Source of the DNA: Octopus sinensis
Lineage: Eukaryota
Assembly (NCBI RefSeq): GCF_006345805.1
Contig: NC_042998.1
Coordinates: forward strand, 74,276,001-74,340,000
DNA: 64,000 nt
Reading direction: 5' to 3'
Below, one piece after another: positions 13,654 to 25,608 of this stretch (position 1 is the first letter of the stretch; every line of letters begins with the position of its first letter). The notes below the pieces were generated by a model. It did no database searches. It was not told the DNA's origin and saw only the letters and a program-made list of their open reading frames with translations. The position numbers were made by a program, and so were the translations under genes.

Positions 13654-15406
13654 GGCAACGAGTACACTGAAGAATTCCGGGTAGAGGTAGGGGTCCACCA
13701 ATGTTCAGTCCTCAGCCCCCTCCTATTTATCATAGTCCTCCAGGCAATAACAGAGGAATTCAAGACAGGATGCCCCTGAGAGCTCATCTATGCTGATGAC
13801 CTTGCTCTAATTGCTGAGTCACTATCAGAACTAGAGGAGAAGTTTCAAGTGTGGAAACAAGGATTAGAATTGAAGGGCCTTAGAATCAACCTAGCTAAAA
13901 CCAAAGTCCTAATAAGTAGGATGGCAGGCAAACCACAAATCCCTTCAGGTAGATGGCCCTGCTCGATCTGCAGTAGAGGCGTAGGTAGAAACTCTATAAG
14001 ATGTACCCAGTGTAAGCTATAAGATGTACCCAGGTGCAGTAATATCAAAGGAAGGCTAACTGGGGAGATAGTTTTTGTATGCGGCAGATGCTCAGGAGCA
14101 ATAAACACTGAAAATGCGCAGAGAACAACTTCTGCCACATTCCAGGGAGAAAAACTAGAAGTAGTTGATAGCTTCCATTACCTAGGTGACCAAGTCAGTA
14201 GTGGAGGAGGGCGCACTGAAAGTGTAGCTGCTAGAATAAGAATAGCTTGGGCTAAGTTCAGAAAACTCTTAACTCTGCTGGTGACAAAGGGCCTCTCGCT
14301 CAGAGTAAAAGGTAGACTGTATGACGCTTGTGTATGAACAGCTATGCTACATGGCAGTGAAACATGGGCTGTGACTGCTGAGGACATGCGTAAGCTCGCA
14401 AGGAATGAAGCTAGTATGATCCGATGGATGTGTAATGTTAGTGTGCATACTCAACAGAGTGTAAGTACCTTGAGAGAAAAGTTGGACCAAAGAAGCATCA
14501 GATGTGGTGTGCAAGAGAGATGACTGCACTCGTATGGTCATGTGGCGAGAATGGATGAGGATAAGCTGTGTGAAAAAGTGCCACACCCTAGCGGTTGAGG
14601 GAACCTGTGGAAAAGGTAGACCCAGGAAGACCTGGGATGAAGTGGTGAAGCACGACCTTCGAACATTAGGCCTCACCAAGGAAATGACTAGCAACCGAGA
14701 CCTTTGGAAATATGCTGTGCTTGAGAAGACCCGGCAAGCCAAATGAGACCATAACCTGTGGCTTATGCCAGGAGCGTAACCAGCCTGCTTATGCATACCT
14801 TTTCCTTCTTTGGTCACTAAACTCTGCTTGCGAAGACCTGTTGAGGCAAGTGAAATCAAAATTAAATTCAATGACTGGTATCCGTGCTAGTGGGGTGCAA
14901 AGAGCACCGTTCGAGTGTGATCGTTTGACAGAGTGGCTAAACGGCTTCCATGACAATGGCACATAAAAAGCACTGTTCGAGTGTGATCGTTACCACCGTT
15001 GCCTTACTGGCACTTGTGCCCGTGCTAGTAGTGTGCCAAGAGCACCATCCAATCATGATCGTTGCCAGAGCAGCTAACTGGCTTCTGTGCTGGTGGACGT
15101 AAAAGGGCACATTCGAGTGTGATCATTATCAACGTAATCTTACTGGCACCTGTGCCGGTGAAATGTGTAAAAAGATTCGAGCAAGGTCATTGCCAGTACC
15201 GCCTGACAGGCCCCCGTGCCGATGGCATGTAAAAAGCTCCCACTACACTCTCGGAGTGGTTGGCGTTAGGAAGGGCATCCAGCTGTAGAAACTCTGCCAG
15301 ATCAAGATTGGAGCCTGGTGCAGCCATCTGGTTTGCCAGCCCTCAGTCAAAAGCGTCCAACCCATGCTAGCATGGAAAGCGGACATTAAACGATGATGAT
15401 GATGAT
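13652..15406 (+). mobile_element. 5'-truncated RTE LINE (RT C-terminal half, 3'UTR, (GAT)n tail)
   Basis: RVEVGVHQCSVLSPLLFIIVLQAITEEFKTGCP, YADD, Cys cluster; internal stops; diverged ~60-bp 3'UTR repeat units. Confidence 0.9.
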
Positions 15407-15420
15407 ATATATATATATAT

Positions 15421-15568
15421 CATCATCATCATCATCATTTAACGTCCGTTTTCCATGCTAGCATGGGTTGGACGGTTCGACCGGGGTCTGGGAAGCCAGG
15501 GGCTGCATCAGGCTCCAGTCTGATCCAGCAGAGTTTCTACAGCTGGATGCCCTTCCTAACGCCAACCA
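15421..15568 (-). mobile_element. RTE LINE 3' end, tail-to-tail with the preceding copy
   Basis: (CAT)n then TTTAACGTCCGTTTTCCATGCTAGCATGGGTTGGACGG. Confidence 0.85.
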
Positions 15569-15573
15569 TATAG

Positions 15574-15664
<91 letters not shown>

Positions 15665-16079
15665 CTTATATATTCACACACACACACACACATATATATA
15701 ATTATATAGATATGACTACAATTAAGGGTACTGAGAAACAGCACCGACAAACTAGAAACAAACATCAAAAAACTCTGAAAGAGACTTTAAATTACACTCT
15801 ATTAGCACAAGGCTGAAATTGAGTAAATGAATAAAATGGATTTAGTAAAATTTTGAGGTTAATTCTAGACTGTCTGATTTCTGGTTTAGTAATACAAATT
15901 ACTTTACTGTCTTCAGTAGAATACACCAGAAGTACATAAATATAAAGATATATACATATCCATACAAATACATTTGTATATATACAAATATATACATATA
16001 TCTACACTTATATACAAAGTAAATCCAATTGTTCATCTCAACCACATGGGTATTTGATCAAGATAATACCACAGTAAAT

Positions 16080-16122
<43 letters not shown>

Positions 16123-16369
16123 AATTCAGGGTGAATACTTGATAAGTGTAAGCACCTGTATATGCCAGCTAGTAGCAGAGGTGAGAGGATATATGTATCA
16201 AATGAAATAAAAAACAGAACTATTGGCTTTAAACTATCTGTTATGTCGATTATACATTGATGTAAGAATAAATTGTTTTATAAAGTTCGAAACATGTGTA
16301 CCGTGACATCTTTTGTGTCCTGTTTTTTATTTCATTTGATACACATATATATATATATATATATATATA

Positions 16370-16718
16370 TCATCATCATCATCATCATCGTTTAACGTCC
16401 GTTCTCCATGCTAGCATGGGTTGGACGGTTCGACCGGGGATCTGGGAAGCCAGAAGGCTGCACCAGGCTCCAGTCTTATCTGGCAATGTTTCTACAGCTG
16501 GATGCCCTTCTAACGCCAACCACTCCGTGAGTGTAGTGGGTGCTTTTTACGTGCCACCTGCACAGGTGCCAGGCGAGGCTGGCAACGGCCACGGTCGGAT
16601 TGGTGTATTTTATGTGCCACCGGCACGGAAGCCAGTCGAGGCGGCGCTGGCATCGGCCACGAGTCGGATAGTGCTTTTTACGTACCACCAGACCAGGGAT
16701 CCTGGCTGGTTCAATTCG
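16370..16718 (-). mobile_element. RTE LINE 3'UTR fragment
   Basis: (CAT)n tail, shared 3' end, 2-3 GTGCCACCGGCAC repeat units. Confidence 0.85.
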
Positions 16719-17218
16719 ATATATGTTATTTAGAGATAGAAGTCCCCATGCAATTCATCAAATCCTAATATACATCACACCATATAATAGTATTTTATTT
16801 TAATACTTACTAATCATTTCTAAATTTCTCTGCAATGTGTGTTTCATGAGGCGCATTTAACGTTCCTTATACACGCTATCTAAGTTATGGCTTACACAGC
16901 AAGGTTCGATGAATTTATTTGCACATGCGCATATTTGTCTCTTAATTACATTCGTAACTGTTAAAATATTAAAATATAGAAATTGGTATTGAATTATAAT
17001 AAAGTTATCAAGAGGCCTGATGATTGGGGTTGCGTTTAAGAAATGTTCTGGTGAAAGACTGTGTATATAAGGAACATTAAACGCACCTCATGAAACACGT
17101 GTAGCAGAGAAATTTAGAACTGAATAGTAATTATTAAAATAAAATTCTATGATATGGTGTGATGTATATTAGGATTTGATGAATTGCATGGGGACTTCTT
17201 TCTCTAAATAACATATAT
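16719..17218. mobile_element. Foldback/MITE element with ~160-bp inverted arms
   Basis: ATATATGTTATTTAGAGATAGAAGTCCCCATGCAATTCATCAAATCCTAATATACATCACACCATA... inverted against ...TATGGTGTGATGTATATTAGGATTTGATGAATTGCATGGGGACTTCTTTCTCTAAATAACATATAT. Confidence 0.8.
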
Positions 17219-17359
17219 TTCCTTATCGAGAATAATTTATTTTATATGAATCCCTGTGACAGCCGGAATTTTTTATTCCCTAATAAATAAAATAATCTAT
17301 ATATATATACACACACACACACACAAACATGTATATATACATGTGTGTGTGTATGTGGT

Positions 17360-17880
17360 CAGTGCCAGTGTCACGTAACTGGCACCTGTGCCGGTAGCAT
17401 GTAAAAGCACCCATTATACTCTTGGAGTAGTTGGTGTTAGGAAGGGCATCTAACAGTAGAAAAAAAGCCAAATTAGAGTGGAACCTGGTACAGTTCACCA
17501 GCTTACCATTCTTTTACTTGCTTCATCCTTTAGACTGCAGAAATGCAGCGACACCACCTTGAAGGGAATAGTTCAACACATTGACCTAGGACTTATTTTT
17601 AAGCCTGGTACTCATTCTATCAGTCTTTTTTTTTTATCCAAACCTCTATGTAAACAAACCAACACCAGTTATCAGGCTGTGGGTGGGGACAAATACAAAC
17701 ACAAACATACACACACACAAATTTGACAGGCTTTTTTCAGTTTCCATCTACCAAATCCACTCACTAGGCTTTGGCTTGTATGAGGCTATACTAGAAGATG
17801 TTTGTGCAAGGTGCCACTCAGTGGGACTAAACCCAGAACCATGTGGTTGGGAAGCAAACTTCTCACCACACAGCCATGTC
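17360..17880. mobile_element. RTE 3' fragment (+, ~17360-17485) followed by SINE family C (-, ~17500-17880)
   Basis: GTGCCGGTAGCATGTAAAAGCACCC; GTGGGACTAAACCCAGAACCATGTGGTTGGGAAGCAAAC. Confidence 0.75.
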
Positions 17881-18130
17881 TGCACCTATGTGTATGTATA
17901 TAAATGTGTGTGTGTGTGTGTGTATTTAGAATTAAGAATGAAATTGTTCAAAAGCTAGTGAAGTACAAATTGAAACTGGAGTAAAATTAGAAATAATGAA
18001 GACAAAACAAAACAACAGAAGGGGTTATATATTTAAGAGATGAGGAATTATGTACATTATTTATATTATTTACATTATTTACATTTGACGGATATTTGTC
18101 CTCATCTTGTTTGTTGTTAACACGTTTCAG

Positions 18131-19142
18131 TATGGACACTGATGTATATTGACAAGAAGTGGGTTTAGCTATGGGCTCCCAATTATCACCAATAATAGCC
18201 AATATATACATGGAATACTTTGAGAATTTGGCTTTAGTATCAACACCACTAAAACCAACCCTATGGCTGTGATATGTTGATGACACCTTTATACTCTGGC
18301 CCCACCAGGAAGATGACCAAGTGCTGTTAGATCATGTGAACCCAATAAAGCCATCTATACTGTTCACAAATGGAAAAGGAAAAAGACAATCAGCTAGCAT
18401 TTCTGGATGTATTAATAACAGGCACCAAGTATGGATTCAGGACATCCGTATACCGCAAGCCGACATTCACTGGAAGATACCTCAACTTCAATTCCCACCA
18501 TCCATACTGTGTAGAGAGAGGGATTGCTCAGTGCCTAAAACATCAAGCAAATAATAGTAGCAGTGATCGTGATACCCACCACGAAGAAATGATAAAGATC
18601 AGTAACAATCTATTAAGCAGCAACTACCCCAAAAACATACTATCCACTCCAATTATGAAGAAAGGAGGGGATGAAACCAATAAACGGTCTGTCTACCCTA
18701 TGTGGAAGGCCTTTCTGAAAAGATACAAATGATATGCAGCCCATATGACATCAGGTCAGTATTCAAGAGTAATACAACACTTTGCAAACATAGCCTTTGA
18801 GGAGAATATGACCGAAAACTGTGTGCATTCCATCGCATGCAGCTGTGGTAGATTATATACAAAGGTGAAACATGCTGTCCCCTCAAAATAAAGGTAGATG
18901 AACATCGCAAAACTGTGACACGAGGAGATATTGATAAATCGGGTATAGCTGATCATGTATGGAAAAATGGAGACCACCTCCCCCTGTGGGATGAAGTTAA
19001 AATAATAGACAGAGAAGACCACTGGAAACTACTGAAACTAAAAGAAGCAGCACATATGCTAGGAGACAACAACCTCCTAAGCAAACTGAATAGCATATGG
19101 GAACTGGTATTAAGGAATGATAGGAAAATATTAGATTTATAA
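18131..19142 (+). pseudogene. Penelope RT and GIY-YIG endonuclease, disrupted
   Basis: ORF fragments 18370-18732 and 18915-19142 plus flanking frames; stops and frameshifts. Confidence 0.85.
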
Positions 19143-19172
19143 GCCCTAAAAATTCACTCCATAATTGCCCAT

Positions 19173-19245
19173 GGGCATATGGGGTAGTGCTCAAGAGCAT
19201 GGGCTACTAACCCTAAGATTCCGAGTTCGATTCCAGGCAGTGACC
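19173..19245 (+). promoter_or_regulatory. tRNA-like module (Pol III A/B box-like) in the Penelope 3' region
   Basis: TAGTGCTCAAG A-box-like; GGG-CTACTAA-CCC anticodon-arm-like; GAGTTCGATTCC B box at 19223-19234; followed by (AAT)n. Confidence 0.6.
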
Positions 19246-19315
19246 TGAATAATAATAATAATAATATCGAAAAATACCTTTAGGAATGAGAAGCCAGGTT
19301 CGAAATTTCCCCAAG

Positions 19316-19359
19316 ACACCTGATGAAGGCTGGAGGGTATATCAGCTGAAACGTTGTGT
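19316..19359 (+). ncRNA. Minimal type-I hammerhead ribozyme motif in the Penelope pLTR
   Basis: ACAC-CUGAUGA-A-GGCUG..CAGCU-GAAA-CGUU-GUGU: stem I ACAC/GUGU, 5-bp stem II, palindromic AACGUU stem III; one extra A after the core. Confidence 0.65.
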
Positions 19360-19780
19360 TAACAACAAATAAGATGAGGACAAATATCCATCAAATGTAA
19401 ATAGTGTAAATAATGAACAGAAGGGGAGTTGTGACATGCAGAAATGTATTGTTACAATGACCAATTTGCCTCAAATAACTCTCATTTGTTCCTGATCAAT
19501 AGCTTCAGTTTATTTATGAGAAAGTCATCCTTGATCCACAAATTACCAATATTATAATCTTTTGCTTTGAAGGTAATCATAAAACCCTGAGTACTCTATT
19601 TCTTCAGCTGTCATCCAAATGATGTGCTTGCCTAACTGTGTTCTGTGATGCAGATATTTAACTCTTGGCTTTGCACATATCTGATACGCTACATAAAGCT
19701 CTCAAGCATATGTGTTTGTTATTGATATAGTTGGATATGTACAACAACACCTATATATATATATGTATATATAAACATAA

Positions 19781-20479
19781 AGTGCCACACCCTAGCGGTT
19801 GAGGGAACCTGTGGAAGAGATAAACCCAGGAAAACCTGGGACGAGGTGGTGAAGCACGACCTTCGAACTTTAGGTTTCACCGAGGAAATGACTAGAGACC
19901 GAGACCTTTGGAAGTATGCTGTGCATTAGAAGATCCGGCAGGACAAGTGAGGCCATAATCCCATGGCCTCTACCTGGGATGTAGCCAGCCCACTTATGCA
20001 TTCCTTTCCTTCTTGGGACACAAAACTCCACTTGTGAAGACATGTTGAGGCAAGTGAAAATCAAAATCAAAATTGCACTCCATCAACATCAATGGAATTT
20101 GTAGCTGTGATACCAGTGCCGGTGGCACGTAAGAGAACCATCCGAAAGTGGCTGTAGCCAGCGCCGCCCTGACTGGCCTCCGTGCCGGTGGTACGTAAAA
20201 AGCACCATCTGATCGTGGCCATTACCAGCCTCGTCTGGTCTCCGTGCCGGTGGCACATAAAAAGCACCATCCGATCGTGGCCATTTGCCAGCCTCATCTG
20301 GCACGTAAAAAGCACCCACTACACTCACGGAGTGGTTGGCGTTAGGAAGGGCATCCAGCTGTAGAAACACTGCCAGATCAGACTGGGCCTGGCGCAGCCT
20401 TCTGGCTTCCCAGACCCCAGTTAAACCGTCCAACCCATGCTAGCATGGAAAGCGGACGTTAATCGATGATGTTGATGAT
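19781..20479 (+). mobile_element. RTE LINE 3' fragment
   Basis: AVEGTCGRDKPRKTWDEVVKHDL remnant, 3'UTR tandem units, (GAT)n tail. Confidence 0.88.
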
Positions 20480-20510
20480 ACATACACACGCACACATATA
20501 TAAATAAATA

Positions 20511-20790
20511 TCATCATTTAACGTCTGCTTTCCATGATAGCATGGGTTGGACGACTTGACTGAGGTCCGGCGAACCAGATGGCTGCACCAGACTCCAATT
20601 TGATCTGGCAGAGTTTCTACAGCTGGATGCCCTTCCTAACACCAACCATTCTGAGAGTGTTGTGGGTACTTTTACATGCCACCAGCACAAGGGCCAGTTA
20701 GGTGGTACTGTCAATAGCCACGCTGAAATTGTGCTTTTTGTGTGCCACCTGCACAGGAGCCAATCCAGCAGCACTGGCAACAACCTCGCT
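20511..20790 (-). mobile_element. RTE LINE 3' end, tail-to-tail with the preceding copy
   Basis: TCATCATTTAACGTCTGCTTTCCATGATAGCATGGGTTGGACG. Confidence 0.8.
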
Positions 20791-21579
20791 CGAATGTATA
20801 TATATATATTTATGTGTGTGTGTGTATCCCTGCCATCACCTGACAACTGATGGTGGTGTGTTTATGTTCCCATAACTTTGCAGCTTGGCAACAGAGACTG
20901 ATAGAATAAGTATCACGCTTACAAAGAATAAGTCTTGAGGTTGATATTTTTTTCAGCTAAAACCCTTTAAAGTGGTGCTCCAGCATGGCCACAACCAAAA
21001 GACTGAAACAAGCAAAACAAAAAAAAAAAAAGATAAAAGAATGTATGACATATCTACAGTTTAGTAATCCAAGAAATTTATTTCCTCATAACTATCCTAA
21101 AAGCACATCTTCCTTTAAAGGAAATATCTAGATGTACATTTTCCATTGGGTGCATTATAGTTATATTGTTAGCATTAAAATAATTTTTCTTGGAGGAATT
21201 TCAGATGATAGTCTCTTTTCTGATTTTCTTTCCTTGTAATTCATATCAAAATGTATATTTTTACGTGATATTTTACAGAAACGCATATTTGAGAACATAA
21301 ATTACATAATAACATAATATTGATGTTTCGTACATATAAATCTAGAAGGAAAGTGAAAAATTCTTAAGTTGTGTCTCATGAGAGAGAAAGCGATGGTGAG
21401 TGATTGTGTGCAGGAATTCAATAGATTTAATATAAAATCAACATATATAGTAATTTTGCTTTTAGTTATTTCTTTTTTTTTTTTTACTTTTTGAATATGC
21501 CCACAGAAATAAACTGAAAATATATTTTCCCTAAAAATATGTATACCCAGTTACACAGCATATACTTATGCATAGTGAT

Positions 21580-21870
21580 GGTGCATGGCTCAGTGGTTAG
21601 AGTGACAGGTAGTGAGTTCGATTCCCGGACTGGGCTGTGTGTTGTATTCTTGAGCAAGACACTTTATTTCATGTTCTTCCAGTTCACTCAGCTGTAGAAA
21701 TGAATTGTGATGTCACAGGTGCCAAGCTGTATAAGCCTATGCCTTTCTCTTCGATAACATCAGCGGCATGGAGTGGGGAGGCTGGTATGCATGGGTGACT
21801 ACTGATTCCCATAAACAATCCTGCCTGGAAGGTAACTTTCTAGGTGTAATCCCATGGTCATTCACAACCA
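21580..21870 (+). mobile_element. SINE family B
   Basis: GGTGCATGGCTCAGTGGTTAGAG..GAGTTCGATTCCC..CTTGAGCAAGACACTTTATTTC. Confidence 0.85.
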
Positions 21871-21875
21871 ATTCG

Positions 21876-22450
21876 GTATGTTTGTCAAGAGCAGGGCTCA
21901 TTAGTCACCAATGGAGCTGCAAATGCAAAATATAAGTTAGTCCTAGAGCGCACAATTTTCTAAAGGTGAGCAATGGTCTTCCTCAGTCACGAGTGGATGG
22001 CCATCATCTATGTATATACATATACCCATCAGTCCAAAATATATACAGTCTTAACTGTCACTGTTGAGACAAATTCCATGAGAGCATTTCGCTTCCATTG
22101 CTCCTTTTATTAGTTTTTTCCTCTCCTTATCTTTACACTCGATACCCTATTCTAGTGAAAAACATAGTCTAAAAATTGCATATGCGCAATTTACATTAAT
22201 TTAACTGAGTAGTCTGTCACAATAACTTACATCTTTCAGTTTATACATGCATCTATTTATCTGTTATAACTATACTGTCATTTCTGCCTCCTCCATAAAT
22301 TTTTATCTCTCGTCACATGTATTTAGTGTTCTTTTACTCAATGTCTCCTAGCAAACCCTCATCTTTCATCTTTCATTTACTCTTTCTCATTTTCTCACTC
22401 TACAATGTAAAGTGAGCCCAGAGAAATCAACCAAACAACAATTTTATATT
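21876..22450 (+). repeat. Local duplicated segment, copy 1 (3' part)
   Basis: Colinear with about 26580-27150 and 32520-32808. Confidence 0.9.
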
Positions 22451-22484
22451 GTGAAACAAGGTGAAAAAAAGAGTACTCAAATAC

Positions 22485-25400
22485 CATCATCATCATCATC
22501 ATCGTTTAACGTCTGTTCTCCATGCTAGCATGGGTTGGATGGTTTGACCGGGGATCTGGGAAGCCAGTAGGCTGCACCAGGCTCCGGTCTTATCTGGCAA
22601 TGTTTCTACAGCTGGATGCCCTTCCTAATGCCAACCACTCCGTGAGTGTAGTGGGTGCTTTTTGCGTGCCACCTGCACTGGTGCCAGGCGAGGCTGGCAT
22701 TGGCCACGGTCGGATTGGTGCATTTTACGGGCCACCTGCATGGAAGCCAGTCGAGGCAGCACTGGCTTCGGCCACGATTCGGATGGTGCTTTTTACGTGC
22801 CACCGACACGGAAGCCAGTCAAGGCGGCGCTGGCATCGGCCACGATTTGGATAGTGCTTTTTACGTATCTCAAGTCCAGGGGTCCTGGCATCTGCTGGGT
22901 TCCAGTCATAGGATTGGTTCAATTCCGATTTCGATTTCACTTGCCCCAACAGGTCTTCGCAAGCAAAGGTGCCTGTCATCGGATGAGGTTCGATATCGAC
23001 TTCGCTTGCCTCAACAGGTCTTTGTGTGTCCAAGGGAGGAAAGGCATGCATAAGTGGGCTGGACTCACTTGTCCTGCCTGGTCTTTTCACACACAGCATA
23101 TTTCCAAAGGTCTCGGTCGGTGGGCATTTCCTCAGTGAGACCTAAAGTTCGAAGGTCATGCTTCACCACCTCGTCCCAAGTTTTCCTGGGTCTACCTCTT
23201 CCATGGGTTCCCTCCACTGCTAGGGATTGGCACTTTTTCACACACCTATCTTCATCCATTCTCGCCACATGACCATACCAGCGCAATCATCTCTCTTGCA
23301 CACCACAACTGATGCTCCTTAGGTCCAACATTTCTCTCAGGGTACTAACGCTCTGTCAAGCATGCACACTGACATTACACATCCATCAGAGCATACTGGC
23401 TTCATTTCTCGCGAGCTTATGCATGTCCTCAGCAGTCACGGCCCATGTTTCACTGCCATGTAGCATGGCTGTTCATACACATGCATCATACAGTCTGCCT
23501 TTTACTCTGAGCGAGAGGCCTTTAGTCACCAGCAGAGGTAAGAGCTCCCTAAACTTTGCCCAGGCTATTCTTACTCTAGCCGTTACACTTTCAGCACACC
23601 CACCCCCACTACTGACTTGGTCACCAAGATAACGGAAGCTATCAACTACTTCTAGTTTTTTCCCCTGGAAAGTGACAGAAGTTGTTTTCTGCAGATTTTC
23701 AGAAGTTAATGCTCCCGAGCATCTGCCACATACAAAAACCATCTTCCTAGTTAGCCTTCCTTTGACATTGGTGCACCTCTTATGTGTCCATAGCTTACAC
23801 TTGGTGCATCTTATAGAGTTTCTACCTATACCTTTTCTACAGATCGAGCAGGGCCATCTACCTGAAGGCGTTTGTGATTTGTCTACCTTCCTACTTATTA
23901 CGACTTTGGTTTTAGCTAGATTGACTCTAAGGCCCTTCAATTCTAAGCCTTGCTTCCACACCTGAAACTTCTCCAGTTCTGATAGTGACTCAGCAATTAG
24001 AGCAAGGTCATCAGCATAGAGGAGCTCCCAGGGGCATCCTGTCTTGAATTCCTCCATTATTGCCTGGAGGACTATGATAAATAGGAGGGGGCTGAGGACT
24101 GAGCCTTGGTGGACCCCTACCTCTACCCGGAATTCTTCACTGTACTCGTTGCCAACCCTCACCTTACTAGCAGTGTCCCTGTACATGGCTCGCACTAACC
24201 ATTCATCTATCCCTAGTTTCCTCATTGACCACCAGATGAGGGATCGGGGGACCCTGTCGAAGGCTTTCTCCATGTCAACAAAAGCCAGGTACAGGGGCTT
24301 ATCTTTGGCTAGGTATTTCTCCTGCAGCTGCCTTACCAGGAATATAGCATCAGTGGTACTTTTCCCTGGCACGAACCCAAACTGCATCTCATCTAAACTA
24401 ACTCTCTCTCTAATTAGTTGGCTTATGACCCTCTCTGTAACCTACATCACCTGATCCAACAGCTTGATACCTCTGTAATTATTTGTATCTAGGGCATCAC
24501 CTTTACCTTTGTAGCAGTTGACTAGTATGCTGCTACACCAGTCATTGGGTATGACTACTTCGTGTATCACCTGATTAACTATACGGGTGACTAGGCTATA
24601 GCCGACACTACCAGATGTTTTGAGCATCTCTGCAGTGATACCTGATGGGCCTGGGGCTTTCCCTGTCTTCATGCTTCTAATTGCTTTAACTACCAAGGAA
24701 CTATCAACCCTGATAGCTGGTCCCTCTGTTGGGTCAACATTCGGCAGACTCTCTTTATCCCATTCATTTTCTTTATTCAGCAACCTTTCATAGTGGCGTC
24801 TCCAAGCCTCTCTCTTTGCATCCTCGTTTAGCGCAAGTGAACCATCTTCCATGCGAACACACTTCTCTCCTACCACATCACAATTCTCTCTCACACACTG
24901 TCTTGCAACGCGAAACACCTCCAGTCTTTGGTCCTCACGGCGCAGAACATTGGCAAATTTTTTCTTATCTGCTTCCCCTCTGGCTAGATAGACCTGTCTC
25001 CTAGCTTCCCTTTTAGCAGTCTGATACAATTCCCTGTTACCACCATTCTTCCAGTGCTTCCAAGTCTGTCTCTTTTCTCTAATAGCCCTGTCTACAACAC
25101 TGTTCCACCATGTTACCTTGGGACGAGAGGGGACTTTGCACCAGCCACAGATCTGGTCAGTGGCTCTCAGCAGGTTGTCCCTTAGAAACGTCCAGTTGCC
25201 CTCTACCCCATGTGATACTCTATCCCCTTCTACTTCGTCAAAGGCTTCAAGTAGCATGTCCCTAAATCTCTGTCCATTCGCAGGATCTTTAAGCTTCCAG
25301 ATCCTTCTTCTCCATGTTGGTCGTCTTCTGGTTGTCCTCCTAGTCCTAATCCTAAAGTCACTAACTACCAGTCTATGTTGTGGGGTACATTCTTCGCCTG

Positions 25401-25523
25401 GGAAGGTTTTGGCATTTATAAGTAGCCATCTCTCCCTTTGCCTGGCAAGGATGTAGTCGATTTGGCTGGTATGTTGGCTCGATCGGTAGGTTTCAAGGTG
25501 GCTGGTAGGTTTCCTGAAGTTAG
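22485..25523 (-). mobile_element. RTE LINE, ~3 kb, 5'-truncated within the endonuclease
   Basis: ORFs 24442-25257 and 23473-24387 (FVDMEKAFDRVP, HQGSVLSPLLF, LYADD, PHD-like Cys cluster); 3'UTR repeats; (CAT)n tail; inserted into the left flank of the palindromic element. Confidence 0.95.
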
Positions 25524-25608
25524 GTAGAGTAATATGCTTTATTTAAAGGTAGAGGTAGAGTAATATGCTTTATTTAAAGGTAGAGGTAGAGTAATATGCT
25601 TTATTTAA
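25522..25608 (+). repeat. 31-bp unit in three tandem copies at the LINE 5' junction
   Basis: AGGTAGAGTAATATGCTTTATTTAA(AGGTAG) starting at 25522, 25553, 25584. Confidence 0.9.

Larger units (their letters stand above)
18025..19415 (+). mobile_element. 5'-truncated Penelope-like retroelement with inverted 5' pLTR piece
   Basis: RT motifs GLAMGSQLSPIIANIYMEYFE and YVDD, FLDV..VYRKPTFTGRYLNFNSHHP; GIY-YIG remnant NCVHSIACSCGRLY..KSGIADHVW..EAAHM; 18073-18130 inverted against 19346-19415; direct repeat AACAGAAGGGG at 18014-18024 and 19416-19426 (candidate TSD). Confidence 0.88.

Noticed and set aside
17015-17055. CTGATGA...GAAATGTT hammerhead-like motif inside the foldback element
   Set aside because: No convincing stem I and only wobble-rich stem II
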